Shown: positions 39,018-50,220, counted from the first letter of the stretch. The stretch: DNA of 64,000 nucleotides from Scyliorhinus canicula (GCF_902713615.1 NC_052158.1:36757729-36821728), one strand, 5' to 3'. Notes: generated by a model not told the origin, from the sequence alone. Translations and numbers: made by a program.

Positions 39018-39230
39018 AATAGATTTGGAGTACCCAATTATTTTTTTCCAATTAAAGGGCAATTTAGCGTCGCCAATCCACCTAACCTGTACTTTTTTGG
39101 GTGTGGGGGTGAAATCCATGCAGACACATGGAGAATGTGCAAACTCCACACAGACAGTGACATGGAGCCGTGATCGACCCCAGGTCCTCAGTGCCGTTTG
39201 CAGCAGTGCTAACCACTGCACCACCATGCC
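39018..39230 (-). mobile_element. V-SINE, short-tail class
   Basis: Head and V-domain with tail ...CCCTTTAATTGGAAAAAAATAATTGGGTACTCCAAAT. Related copies lie at ~40975-41192 (+) and ~56810-57010 (-). Confidence 0.8.
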
Positions 39231-39270
39231 ATCCTCAGGGATTCAATGACTTAACTGGTCTAGACATATT

Positions 39271-39458
39271 GGGTGGGATTCTCCATCCCACTGCACCCGT
39301 TTGCTGGTGCGGCGCACCTCTGTCGGCAGCGGGACCCTCCATCTCGCCAGCCGGCCAATTGGGTTTCCCATTGTTGGTACCCCGACGCCATGGAAAATGC
39401 ACGTGCATGAGTACATTGCCAGTGAAATGGAGGATCCCACCGGTGGAGAATCCAGCTC
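39271..39458. mobile_element. MITE-like element with imperfect terminal inverted repeats
   Basis: Starts GGGTGGGATTCTCC and ends GGAGAATCCAGCTC. A related copy at 54339-54475 reads GGGCTGGGATTCTCC...GGAGAATTCTGGCCC. Confidence 0.6.
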
Positions 39459-39771
39459 ACTATGTCTTCCTAATTCACTTGATGTCTCTTCTAATTTTGA
39501 CTGTGCATCTATCCATGCTGAACATTCTATCAGGATCCCAGCCCCCTGCCAAATTAGTTAAACCCTTCGCAGAATCACGAGTGAACCTCCCTGCAAGATC
39601 ACTGGTCCTATTTCAGTTCAGCTAAACATCCATCTTGTATAGGTCCCACCCTCCCCATAAATGGTCCTTATGTCCCCAAAATCGAAAACCCTCCCTTGTG
39701 CATCATTTCAGCAGCCACACATTAATCTGGACTAACCTATTTCTATACTTACTAGCACACAGCACTAGTCG

Positions 39772-40660
39772 GCAGGTAGAGGGGGTGGGGGTGGTGGTCA
39801 ACCCCCCCCCCCTCCCCCTCCCCCACGACCAAGCTGATCACGTGGAATGTGAGGGGGCTGAACAGGCCGGTCAAGAAGTTGCGCATGTTCTCGCATCTAA
39901 AGGGGTTGAAGGCGGACATGGCCATGTTGCAAGAGACGCACCTCAAGCTCGCTGACCAGACGATGCCCTGGGCAGTTTTGGACCAGATGCCCTGGGCAGG
40001 GTAAATTCCTCCTCATCATGTGCCAGGCTCAGCTTAATTGAGTTAAAGGTGGTGCATCGGGCTCACATGACGACGGCGAGAATGCGCAAGTTCTTTGGGG
40101 TGGAGGACAGGTGCGTGAGATGTGCAGGGAGTCCAGCGAGCCATGCCCATATGTTTTGGGCATGCCCGGTGCTTAAAGAATTCTGGCAGTGCTTTGCGAG
40201 GGCTATGTCCAGGATTTTAGACACGCGGGTGAAGCCGAGTCCAACAATAGCGATATTTGGGGTGTCAGAGGATCCGAGAGTGCAGGAAGTGAAAGAGGAC
40301 AAGGTTTCGGCCTTTGCCTCCCTGGTAGCCCGGAGACGGATCTTGTTAATGTGGAGGGACTCGAAACCCCCAAGCGTGGAGACCTGGTGATATGGCGGGG
40401 TTCCTCAGCCTGGAGCGAATAAAGTTCGCCTTGAGAGGGTCCTTGATGGGGTTCTCCCAGCGGTGGCAACCTTTCCTTAACTTTCTGGGGGAGCAGGAAA
40501 GTGTCAGTAGCAGTTGCATTCGGTGGGGTGGGGTGGGGGGGGGGGGGGGGGGGGGGGGGGAAATTGTTGTCATAGTGTGTATTTTCATTTTGTATAAAGA
40601 CAACACCCACCTTGATTTGTTAAATCATTTTTTGTTTATTTTTGTTGTGTAAAAACGTTG
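39772..40660 (+). mobile_element. internally deleted L1: start of EN joined to the ORF2 C-terminus and 3' UTR
   Basis: LITWNVRGLN...LQETHL (39830-39950) is followed directly by VHRAHMT...HMFWACP. GATGCCCTGGGCAG is duplicated at the junction (~39962-40000). Confidence 0.8.
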
Positions 40661-41359
40661 GTTGGAAAGAGCTTAAATTAAAACAATAAAAAATAAATAA
40701 ACCTTCAACATTTAACGTTAAAATCCAAAAGGTGTTACTAGATCTCACGTCGTTCAGAATGGTATGGTTTCTTCTCTTTTTCAGAGCACAAAATTAAATT
40801 CATGGGCAGCAAACAAGGTTCTCTCTGGAATTTAGTTTGCTCAGCAATTAACATATGCTGTGGTCATAACATATATTAAAGTCCAATACATTCCAATTTC
40901 TTTCAGTGATGCATGTGTCAATCTGAGGAGCCTCAAGGCAGTTGCAATTACTGGTTATGTTGATAATTTATAGGCTGGCAGAATGGCAATGGTTCGCATT
41001 GCTGCCTAAGGGCGCTGAGGACCCGAGTTTGATCCTGGCCCCGGGTCAGTATCCGTGTGTAGTTTGCACATTCTCCCCGTGTCTGCGTAAGTCTCACTCC
41101 CACAGTCCAAGATGTGCAGGGTAGGTGGATTGGTCACGCTAAGCTTCCCCTTTATTGGGATAAAGAATAATTGGGTGCTCTAAATTTTTTTTTTAATGTT
41201 TATAATTTACACGTACATTTTGTTTTATAAATTCTCTGGTGTATCCAGCCCAGAGGTTTACACAAGTTCAAGCATCTTGGTGTTAGAAGGGATAATTGTC
41301 ATTTTTCATTGAGCCTTTGCAGCTTCTGCCCCGAGACTTTGTTCATCCCTCAGCATTTC

Positions 41360-42055
41360 CATAGAATCACAGAATCCCCATAGTGCAGAAGGAGGCCATT
41401 TCGACTCTCCGAAAAGACCCCTGCCTAGGCCCAATCCCCCACCCACTCCCTGTAACCCCATCTAACCTTCAGACAGTACGGGAAAATTTAGCATGGCAAA
41501 TCCATCCAACCTGCACATCTATGCTGTGGGAGGAAAGTGAAGCACCTGGAAGAAATCCACGCAGACACAGGGAGAATGTGAAAAATCCATATAGACAGTC
41601 GCCCGAGGTTGGAATCAAATCCAGGTCCCTGATGCTAACCACTGTCCACCATGCTCTGAACCTCCTGAACTTTCCCATCCGTCATTTTTTTTTTCCATAG
41701 AATTTACAGTGCAGAAAGAGGCCATTCAGCCCATCGAGTCTGCACCGGCTCTTGGAAAGAGCACCCTACCCAAGGTCAACAACTCCACCCTATCCCCATA
41801 ACCCAGTAACCCCATAACCCAGTAAGCCCACCCAACACTAAGGGCAATTTTGGACACTAAGGGCAATTTATCATGGCCAATCCACCTAACATGCACATTT
41901 TTGGACTGTGGGAGGAAACCGGAGCACCCAGAGGAAACCGACGCACACACGGGGAGGATGTGCAGACTCCGCACAGACAGTGACCCAAGCTGGAACCGAA
42001 CTTGGGACCCTGGAGTTGTGAAGCGATTGTGTAATCCACAATGCTCGCGTGCTGT
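41360..42055 (-). mobile_element. two head-to-tail V-SINE copies (~41360-41655 and ~41696-42055)
   Basis: Each has a head, V-domain and a ...TTCTATG tail. Confidence 0.85.
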
Positions 42056-42138
42056 ATTGGACTTTTTTCAACTGTCTGTTTCCTCCTCCATAACATCACC
42101 CATCAGTCAGTTATTTATTTCACTACAGCTCTGTGAGA

Positions 42139-42943
42139 GACAGCCAGGACATTGAAAAGAGCGCGAGAGGTAAGACAGCCGGGACATTGAAAACAGCGCG
42201 GGAGGAGAGACAGCCAGGACATTGAAAAGAGCGCGAGAGGTAAGACAGCCGGGACATTGAAAACAGCGCGAGAGGAGAGACAGCCAGGACATTGAAAAGA
42301 GCGCGAGAGGAGAGACAGTCGGGACATTGAAAAGAGCGCGAGAGGTAAGACAGCCGGGACATTGAAAACAGCGTGGGAGGAGAGACAGCCAGGACATTGA
42401 AAAGAGCGCGAGAGGTAAGACAGCCGGGACATTGAAAACAGCGCGAGAGGAGAGACAGCCAGGACATTGAAAAGAGCGCGAGAGGAGAGACAGTCGGGAC
42501 ATTGAAAAGAGCGCGAGAGGTAAGACAGCCGGGACATTGAAAACAGCGCGGGAGGAGAGACAGCCAGGACATTGAAAAGAGCGCGAGAGGTAAGACAGCC
42601 AGGACATTGAAAAGAGCGCGAGAGGAGAGACAGTCGGGACATTGAAAAGAGCACGAGAGGTAAGACAGCCGGGACATTGAAAACAGCGCGGGAGGAGAGA
42701 CAGCCAGGACATTGAAAAGAGCGCGAGAGGTAAGACAGCCGGGACATTGAAAACAGCGCGAGAGGAGAGACAGCCAGGACATTGAAAAGAGCTCGAGAGG
42801 AGAGACAGTCGGGACATTGAAAAGAGCGCGAGAGGTAAGACAGCCGGGACATTGAAAACAGCGCGGGAGGAGAGACAGCCAGGACATTGAAAAGAGCGCG
42901 AGAGGTAAGACAGCCGGGACATTGAAAAGAGCGGGAGGGGACA
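42139..42943 (+). repeat. 35-bp minisatellite, 23 units, at the 5' end of a CR1
   Basis: Unit GACAGCC(A/G)GGACATTGAAAA(G/C)AGCGCG(A/G)GAGG(TAA/AGA). The first and last unit starts are 770 nt apart (22 periods). Confidence 0.97.
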
Positions 42944-43220
42944 CATTGAGAGCGGCGGGGTGCCAGTGGGAGCAAAGATAATATAAGGCGGGAACCGGAA
43001 GTACGACCCGCGGACTTCTGGGAAGGATTTTCTCCTAGCCAATAAATTGTGGTGGAGAGGATACCCGAGACACTACACGTATAGTGTCTCCCACCCGCCC
43101 TCCTCCTCTAACCTAATAATAAGACCCATTGGGGTGAGCAGATAAGTGCTATATTATATTATTATTATTTTTTTATTTGTTTTATATTTGTTTACCAGAA
43201 CTTGGTTGAAATTAAGTGGG

Positions 43221-44127
43221 ATGGCAGGGAAGGTAGTGCAATGTTCCTCCTGCAGGATGTTTGAGGTGAGGGATGCTGTTAGTGTCCCTGCTGATTTTAC
43301 CTGCAGGAAGTGCAGCCAGCTCCAGCTCCTACAAGACCGAGTTATGGTACTGGAGCTGGAGTTGGATGAACTTCGGATCATTCGGGAGGCAGAGGTGGTC
43401 ATAGATAGGAGCTTCAGGGAAGTAGTTACACCAAAGACTGGAGATAGATGGGTAACTGTAAGAGGGACTGGGAAGAAGCAGACAGTGCAGGGACCCCCTG
43501 CGGTCGTTCCCCTGAGTAACAAGTATACCGTTTTGGATACTTGTGGGGGGGACGACTTACCAGGGGTAAGCCATGGGGTGCGGGACTCTAGCACGGAGTC
43601 TGTCCCTGTTGCTCAGAAGGGAAGGGGGAGAGGAGCAGAGCATTAGTAATTGGGGACTCAATAGTCAGGGGCACAGATAGGAGATTTTGTGGGAGCGAGA
43701 GAGACTCACGTTTGGTATGTTGCCTCCCAGGTGCAAGGGTAAGTGATGTCTCGGATCGTGTTTTTCGGGTCCTTAAGGGGGAGGGGGAGCAGCCCCAAGT
43801 CGTAGTCCACATTGGCACTAACGACATAGGTAGGAAAGGGGACAAGGATGTCAGGCAGGCCTTTAGGGAGCGAGAACAAACAGAGTTGTTATCTCTGGGT
43901 TGTTGCCCGTGCCACGTGATAGTGAGACGAGGAATAGGGAGAGAGAGCAATTAAACACGTGGCTACAGGGATGGTGCAGGCGGGAGGGATTCAGATTTCT
44001 GGATAACTGGGGCTCTTTCTGGGGAAGGTGGGACCTCTATAGACAGGATGGTCTACATCTGAACCTAAGGGGCACCAATATCCTGGGGGGGAGATTTGTT
44101 AGTACTCTTTGGGGGGGTTTAAACTAA
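43221..44127 (+). pseudogene. CR1 ORF1 (zinc-finger/coiled coil + SGNH/GDSL esterase), two frameshifts
   Basis: MAGKVVQCSSC...CRKC...LELELDEL, then VIGDS, CLPGARV, HIGTND and DGLHLN spread over three frames (shifts near 43630 and 43870). Confidence 0.9.
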
Positions 44128-44238
44128 TTCAGCAGGGGCATGGGAACCTGGATTGTAGTTTTGGGGTGCGAGAGATTGAGAGTAGAGAGGTCAGGAGCAC
44201 AGATTTGACTTCGCAGGAAGGCGGCAGTGTTCAGGTAG

Positions 44239-47010
44239 GTGGTTTGGTGTGTCTATTTCAATGCCAGGAGTATACGAAATAAGGTAGGGGAACTGGCAGC
44301 ATGGGTTGGTACCTGGGACTTCGATGTTGTGGCCATTTCAGAGACATGGATAGAGCAGGGACAGGAATGGTTGTTGCAGGTTCCGGGGTTTAGGTGCTTT
44401 AGTAAAGTCAGAGAAGGGGGCAAAAGAGGGGGAGGTGTGGCGCTGCTAGTCAAGGACAGTATTACGGTGGCAGAAAGGGTGCAAGATGGGGACTCTTCTT
44501 CCGAGGTAGTACGGGCTGAGGTTAGAAACAGGAAAGGAGAGGTCACCCTGCTGGGAGTTTTCTATAGGCCACCTAATAGTTCTAGAGATGTAGAGGAAAG
44601 GATGGCGAAGATGATTCTGGAAAAGAGCGAAAGTAACAGGGTAGTTGTTATGGGAGACTTTAACTTTCCTAATATTGACTGGAAAAGATATAGTTCGAGT
44701 ACATTGGATGGGTCGTTCTTTGTACAATGTGTGCAGGAGGGTTTTCTGACACAATATGTTGACAGGCCAACAAGAGGTGAGGCCACTTTGGATTTGGTTT
44801 TGGGTAATGAACCAGGCCAGGTGTTAGATCTGGAGGTAAGTGAACACTTTGGAGACAGTGACCACAATTCGGTGACCTTTACATTAGTGATGGAAAGGGA
44901 TAAGTATACCCCGCAGGGCAAGAGTTATAGCTGGGGGAAGGGCAATTATGATGCCATTAGACATGACTTAGGATATGTAGGTTGTAGAAGTAGGCTGCAA
45001 GGGTTGGGCACACTGGATATGTGGAGCTTGTTCAAGGAACAGCTATTGCGTGTTCTTGATCAGTACGTACCAGTCAGACAGGGAGGAAAGGGTAGAGCGA
45101 GGGAACCGTGGTTTACCAAAGAAGTGGAATCTCTTGTTAAGAGGAAAAAGGAGGCCTATGTGAAGATGAGGCGTGAAGTTTCAGTTGGGGCGCTTGATAG
45201 TTACAGGGAAGCGAGGAAGGATCTAAAGAGAGAGCTAAGACGAGCAAGGAGGGGACATGAGAAGTCTTTGGCAGGTAGGATCAAGGAAAACCCAAAAGCT
45301 TTCTATAGGTATGTCAGGAACAAAAGAATGACTAGGGTAAGAGTAGGGCCAGTCAAGGACAGTGGTGGGAAGTTGTGTGTGGAGGCTGAGGAGATAAGCG
45401 AGATACTAAATGAATACTTTTTGTCAGTATTCACTCAGGAAAAAGATAATATTGTGGAGGAGAATGCTGAGACCCAGGCTATTAGAATAGATGGCATTGA
45501 GGTGAGTAGGGAAGAAGTGTTGGCAATTCTGGACAAGGTGAAAATAGATAAGTCCCCGGGGCCTGATGGGATTTATCCTAGGATTCTCTGGGAAGCCAGG
45601 GAAGAGATTGCTGAGCCTTTGGCTTTGATTTTTAGGTCATCATTGGCTACAGGAATAGTGCCAGAGGACTGGAGGATAGCAAATGTGGTCCCTTTGTTCA
45701 AGAAGGGGAGTAGAGATAACCCCGGTAACTATAGGCCGGTGAGCCTAACATCTGTGGTGGGTAAAGTCTTGGAGAGGATTATAAAAGATACGATTTATAA
45801 TCATCTAGATAGGAATAATATGATTAGGGATAGTCAGCATGGTTTTGTGAAGGGTAGGTCATGCCTCACAAACCTTATCGAGTTCTTTGAGAAGGTGACT
45901 GAACAGGTGGACAAGGGTAAAGCAGTTGATGTGGTGTATATGGATTTCAGTAAAGCGTTTGATAAGGTTCCCCACTGTCGGCTATTGCAGAAAATACGGA
46001 GGCTGGGGATTGAGGGTGATTTAGAGATGTGGATCAGAAATTGGCTAGTTGAAAGAAGACAGAGAGTAGTGGTTGATGGGAAATGTTCAGAATGGAGTTC
46101 AGTTACGAGTGGCGTACCACAAGGATCTGTTCTGGGGCCGTTGCTGTTTGTCATTTTTATAAATGACCTAGAGGAGGGAGCAGAAGGATGGGTAAGTAAA
46201 TTTGCAGACGACACTAAAGTCGGTGGAGTTGTAGACAGTGCGGAAGGATGTTGCAGGTTACAGAGGGACATAGATAAGCTGCAGAGCTGGGCTGAGAGGT
46301 GGCAAATGGAGTTTAATGTGGAGAAGTGTGAGGTGATTCACTTTGGAAAGAATAACAGGAATGCGGAATATTTGGCTAATGGTAAAATTCTTGGTAGTGT
46401 GGATGAGCAGAGGGATCTCGGTGTCCATGTACATAGATCCCTGAAAGTTGCCACCCAGGTTGATAGGGTTGTGAAGAAGGCCTATGATGTGATGGCCTTT
46501 ATTGGTAGAGGGATTGAGTTCCGGAGCCATGAGGTCATGTTGCAGTTGTACAAAACTCTAGTACGGCCGCATTTGGAGTATTGCGTACAGTTCTGGCCGC
46601 CCCATTATACGAAGGACGTAGAAGCTTTGGAACGGGTGCAGAGGAGATTTACCAGGATGTTGCCTGGTATGGAGGGAAAATCTTATGAGGAAAGGCTGAT
46701 GGACTTGAGGTTGTTTTCGTTAGAGAGAAGAAGGTTAAGAGGTGACCTAATAGAGGCATACAAAATGATCAGAGGGTTAGATAGGGTGGACAGCGAGAGC
46801 CTTCTCCCGCGGATGGAGGTGGCTATCACGAGGGGACATAGCCTTAAATTGAAGGGTAATAGATATAGGACAGAGGTCAGAGGTGGGTTTTTTACGCAAA
46901 GAGTGGTGAGGCCGTGGAATGCCCTACCTGCAACAGTAGTGAACTCGCCAACATTGAGGGCATTTAAAAGTTTATTGGATAAGCATATGGATGATAAGGG
47001 CATAGTGTAG
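44239..47010 (+). CDS. CR1 ORF2 (AP endonuclease + reverse transcriptase), 923 codons uninterrupted
   Basis: YFNARS, SETW, GDFN, SDHN; YMDFSKAFDKV, GVPQGSVLGP, FADD. The called start is GTG, so the true initiation site is uncertain. Confidence 0.93.
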   Translation: MVWCVYFNARSIRNKVGELAAWVGTWDFDVVAISETWIEQGQEWLLQVPGFRCFSKVREGGKRGGGVALLVKDSITVAERVQDGDSSSEVVRAEVRNRKGEVTLLGVFYRPPNSSRDVEERMAKMILEKSESNRVVVMGDFNFPNIDWKRYSSSTLDGSFFVQCVQEGFLTQYVDRPTRGEATLDLVLGNEPGQVLDLEVSEHFGDSDHNSVTFTLVMERDKYTPQGKSYSWGKGNYDAIRHDLGYVGCRSRLQGLGTLDMWSLFKEQLLRVLDQYVPVRQGGKGRAREPWFTKEVESLVKRKKEAYVKMRREVSVGALDSYREARKDLKRELRRARRGHEKSLAGRIKENPKAFYRYVRNKRMTRVRVGPVKDSGGKLCVEAEEISEILNEYFLSVFTQEKDNIVEENAETQAIRIDGIEVSREEVLAILDKVKIDKSPGPDGIYPRILWEAREEIAEPLALIFRSSLATGIVPEDWRIANVVPLFKKGSRDNPGNYRPVSLTSVVGKVLERIIKDTIYNHLDRNNMIRDSQHGFVKGRSCLTNLIEFFEKVTEQVDKGKAVDVVYMDFSKAFDKVPHCRLLQKIRRLGIEGDLEMWIRNWLVERRQRVVVDGKCSEWSSVTSGVPQGSVLGPLLFVIFINDLEEGAEGWVSKFADDTKVGGVVDSAEGCCRLQRDIDKLQSWAERWQMEFNVEKCEVIHFGKNNRNAEYLANGKILGSVDEQRDLGVHVHRSLKVATQVDRVVKKAYDVMAFIGRGIEFRSHEVMLQLYKTLVRPHLEYCVQFWPPHYTKDVEALERVQRRFTRMLPGMEGKSYEERLMDLRLFSLERRRLRGDLIEAYKMIRGLDRVDSESLLPRMEVAITRGHSLKLKGNRYRTEVRGGFFTQRVVRPWNALPATVVNSPTLRAFKSLLDKHMDDKGIV

Positions 47011-47204
47011 GTTAGATGGCCTTTAGTTTTTTTTCCATGTCGGTGCAACATTGAGGGCCGAAGGGCCTGTACTGCGCTGTATCGTTCTATGTTCTATGTT
47101 CTATGTACTCCAGGCTGTCTCTTTTACAGATTGCGTCAGGATAATTACTTTCTTGAGTGAGAAATATATACAAATGTCAAGTTACTTTCAAGTTCAGTTA
47201 TGTA

Positions 47205-47640
47205 GTCTGGGCATCGTTGGTTAAGGTAGTATTTATTGGTCATCCCCAATTTCCCTTCTGGTGGTGGCGAGCTGCCTTCTTGAGCCACCGCAGTGCAGGT
47301 ACATCCACACCCACTGAGGGATGGAGTTGCAGGATCTTGACCAAGCGACAGTGAGAAATCGCAATAGATTTCCAAGTCAGGATGGTGTGTGGCTTCAAGG
47401 GGATCTTGGTGGTGGTCTCTGCATGGGTCTGCTGCCCTTCTCTGTCTAATTGGTAGCAATTCTTGGTTTCAAAAGGTGCTGTTGAAGGAGTCCTGGTAAA
47501 GCCCTGCAGTGCATCTTGTAGATGATACACACACTGCTTCCACTGTTCATTGTTGGTGGATGGATTGATGTTTTTGTGGAACGGGTGATAAAGAAGCGGG
47601 ATGTTTTCTCCTGACTAGTGTCAAGCTTTATTTGGTGTTG
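47205..47640 (-). mobile_element. degenerate L2-like 3' fragment
   Basis: Inverse of the family seen at 49450-49722 and 54476-54760. The clade call is inferred from resemblance. Confidence 0.5.
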
Positions 47641-47816
47641 GAGCTACACTCATCCAGGTAATTGGAAAGTATTGTATTCCAGTGAAATGGCAAACAGCCA
47701 CTGATGAAACTCTGTCAAATCCTTCTGGCACCCTGAGCCCAGATTTATTGCTGTTGAATAACCTAGTTTGGCATCAGTTCCAGAGCTGTTAAAACCCCAG
47801 TGAGTAACATCGTGTC

Positions 47817-47857
47817 TCATGCCGTGACTGACGAGCTCGATTCAATTCTTTCTTCAG
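47817..47857 (-). CDS. putative last coding exon of an MHC class I-like gene (S-EERIESSSSVTA-stop)
   Basis: Strong acceptor ATCTTTCTTTTCCACAG ending at 47858. The phase-1 frame gives EERIESSSSVTA*, with AATAAA candidates near 47744-47749 and 47627-47632. Confidence 0.65.
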
Positions 47858-47986
47858 CTGTGGAAAAGAAAGATTTTTGTGACAGACATTTTACAGCCTG
47901 CTAAATATTGAGACAAAGAAGAACAGGTACACAGGGATCTCTACACTCAGACACATGACCCACTCTGGTAGCATTGGAATACTTAC

Positions 47987-48016
47987 AATTTGCTGGGCTG
48001 TATCTAGATTTTTGTT
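47987..48016 (-). CDS. putative 30-nt cytoplasmic exon of an MHC class I-like gene (x-QKSRYSPAN)
   Basis: Long polypyrimidine tract plus AG at 48018-48017 and donor GTAAGT at 47986-47981. Phase 1-1, and it encodes the YxxA motif typical of class I tails. Confidence 0.65.
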
Positions 48017-48308
48017 CTCTTCCAAGAAGAGATAGAAAGAGAACATAAGGTGCAATCAAGTTCCCTTCCTCACCTCATTCCCAAAACTTCACTGGGGAAA
48101 TGACCAGCTATACCCACGCCATTTAAAGGGTATTATTTTACTCAACTGAGACAAAGCATCAGACAATATTCTCCCTTTCTTCCATCCTCTCACTGAATTT
48201 GAGTCCCCTGTCCCCTCGCTTTATGGGCCCCTGTCCAATACTGCTCAGTATGAGCCCCCGGTCCATTCACATCCCTTCCAGCCACAGGGGCGGCTTGGTA
48301 ACACAGTA

Positions 48309-48600
48309 GGGTGGCACGGTAGCACAGTGGTTAGAACTGTTGCTTCACAGCGCCAGTTTCTATTCCCGGCTTGGGTCATTCTTTGTGCTGAGTCTGCACG
48401 TTCTCCCCGTGTCTGTGTGGTTTCAGTCCAGCTTCCTGCCACCATCCTGCAAGACGTGCTTGTTAGGCGAATTTGACATTCTAAATTCTCCCTCAGTATA
48501 CCCAAACATGCGCCGCCATGGTGTGGCAACTAGGGGATTTTCACAGTAACTTCATTGCAGTGTTAATGTAAGCCTACTTGTGACACTAATAAAATATTAT
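48309..48600 (+). mobile_element. V-SINE, (ATT)n tail class
   Basis: Head, V-domain, tail CAGTAACTTCATTGCAGTGTTAATGTAAGCCTACTTGTGACAC. Confidence 0.85.
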
Positions 48601-49750
48601 TGTTACAATTCCCCCCACTCCCCATATAATCCCATCTGGCTCCTCTCTTCCTTTTTTAGACTCTGAATCCCAGTGCAACCCCCAGTCCCCTTATCCTCTG
48701 TGCTTTGCTGGCAGTTTCCCACAGGTCAAAAGGGATAATTGAAGTCCCCCATTTTCCCTGAAGCTCTCGTATTGTAGTGCAAACATTTATTCCTTACACT
48801 CCTTCTCACTACTGTATTTAGCGACCTGTAGTATTTCTGACGGACTTGAGCAGGCCCAATTTCCCAAGCTTCAATGCTGTCCTTTCCTTCATATGCCTGG
48901 GCCTCAACTCTGAATTTCCTCACTTCAGGTTTCCACCTCTGAAACTCATGTTCTTCAATGACGGTGCTCCTTAAATCCTAAACTGTTTGACCAAGCTTTT
49001 GCCCAACTGTCCTAGCATCGCCTTATGTAGCTTGTCATCACTTTTTGTTTTACAGTCTTGGATGTTTTATTCTGTTACATGCACTAATTAATGGTTTTAT
49101 AAAAGAATTAGCAGTGAAATGTCTCCCCTATTGTTCCCTAACTGTCCAATTAGATTATTTCTTTGAACGCTCCTCCATTACATAATCGCATTCCAATGCT
49201 TGAAAGTAACTTCAATGAATACTGTTAATCTTTGTTTCTTGTCCCAATGAACCTGCTAGCACCCATCACTATCCTTTCATGAGCCTATACTGAAACTGAT
49301 GTGGAATTAACACTCATGTATGAAACCAGAAATGAGGCATCATTCCAATACCTGCAGACGAGCAATAACCTGCATACAATTGGTTCCTTTACTGTATATA
49401 AACTCAAGTTGCTACTGACCATAAACTTAAGCAGAATGGCTGTATAAATCATGTGGCTACAAGGACAGGTCAAAGGCTGAAAATTCCATAGTGACTCACT
49501 CATTTCCTGACTCTCTAGAATATATGCACAATCTAGATTGGATAGGTGAGGACCATGATGGAGTATTCACCACTTGCCTGGATGAATGCAACTTCAACAC
49601 TCCAGACGCTCGACATCATCCAGGACAAAGTAGCCTGTGTGCCTGGCATCCATGTCGTCCACCATCTTAAACTTTTACTCTCTCCACCACAGACACAGTG
49701 GCAACAGTGTGTACCATCTACAAGAGCAGAGGGCAGCAGAGCAGAGCTTC

Positions 49751-50220
49751 TGATTGGCTGTTCTGGGGACATTTGCATACGTGCAGTGCGGTCAGCGTAA
49801 GTTGAAGGTGGTTTGTGAAGGGGCTGTTCTCGAGTGACAGCTTTACCCGAAACACTACTTACGTAGTGTCTCCCACCCATCCGCCTCCTCTAACCAAAAA
49901 AAAAAGTTCTGTCCGTTGGCCTAGTTTCAGCCGTTCAGAGGAGGAGGAGCAATCTGTGGGTGAGTATAAAAACTCACTTTAACCCAGGGATCGAGGCCTA
50001 GTTTCGGGAGCCGTTCAGAGGAGGAGGAGCAATCTCTGGGTGAGTATAAAAACTCACTTTAACCCGGGGATCGAGGCCTAGTTTCGGGAGCCGTTCAGAG
50101 GAGGAGGAGCAGTCTCTGGGTGAGTATACAGACCTAACGGTAACTTCCTGTTTTCCACTTTTTTTTTCAAAAGTGACGTCAGAGGGAAGCTTGATCTGAT
50201 TGGTTGGTAACCAATCTGCC
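49751..50220 (+). promoter_or_regulatory. candidate internal Pol II promoter of the CR1
   Basis: Inverted CCAAT (49753), octamer ATTTGCAT (49771-49778), ETS-like ACTTCCTG (~50143), CRE TGACGTCA (50174-50181) and further CCAAT boxes near 50200-50217. Motif matches only. Confidence 0.45.
49918..50130 (+). repeat. ~2.7 copies of an 80-bp repeat in the CR1 5' UTR
   Basis: GGCCTAGTTTC... starts at 49918, 49995 and 50075. Each copy has GGGTGAGTATA, and the first two continue AAAACTCAC. Confidence 0.92.

Larger units (their letters stand above)
42139..47104 (+). mobile_element. near full-length CR1 LINE, family 1
   Basis: Repeat-containing 5' UTR, ORF1 remnants, a long ORF2, a short 3' UTR and a (GTTCTAT)n tail at ~47083-47104. 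Confidence 0.95.

Noticed and set aside
42139-42943. CRISPR-like array
   Set aside because: The units are contiguous with no unique spacers, there are no cas genes, and the context is eukaryotic.
42107-43042. Three long Cys/Ser/Leu-rich ORFs (311, 286, 273 aa) on the minus strand
   Set aside because: They are readthrough of the 35-bp minisatellite, which lacks stops on that strand. There is no other coding evidence.
43062-43113. HDV-like or twister ribozyme in the CR1 5' UTR
   Set aside because: I could not place the invariant J4/2 C-N-R-A and L3 CC elements, or the twister P2/T2 pairings, on either strand. It is kept only as an unexplained hairpin motif.
48074-48145. 72-nt AG...GT-bounded segment as the missing transmembrane exon
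   Set aside because: The required phase-1 frame hits TAA at once and no frame is hydrophobic.
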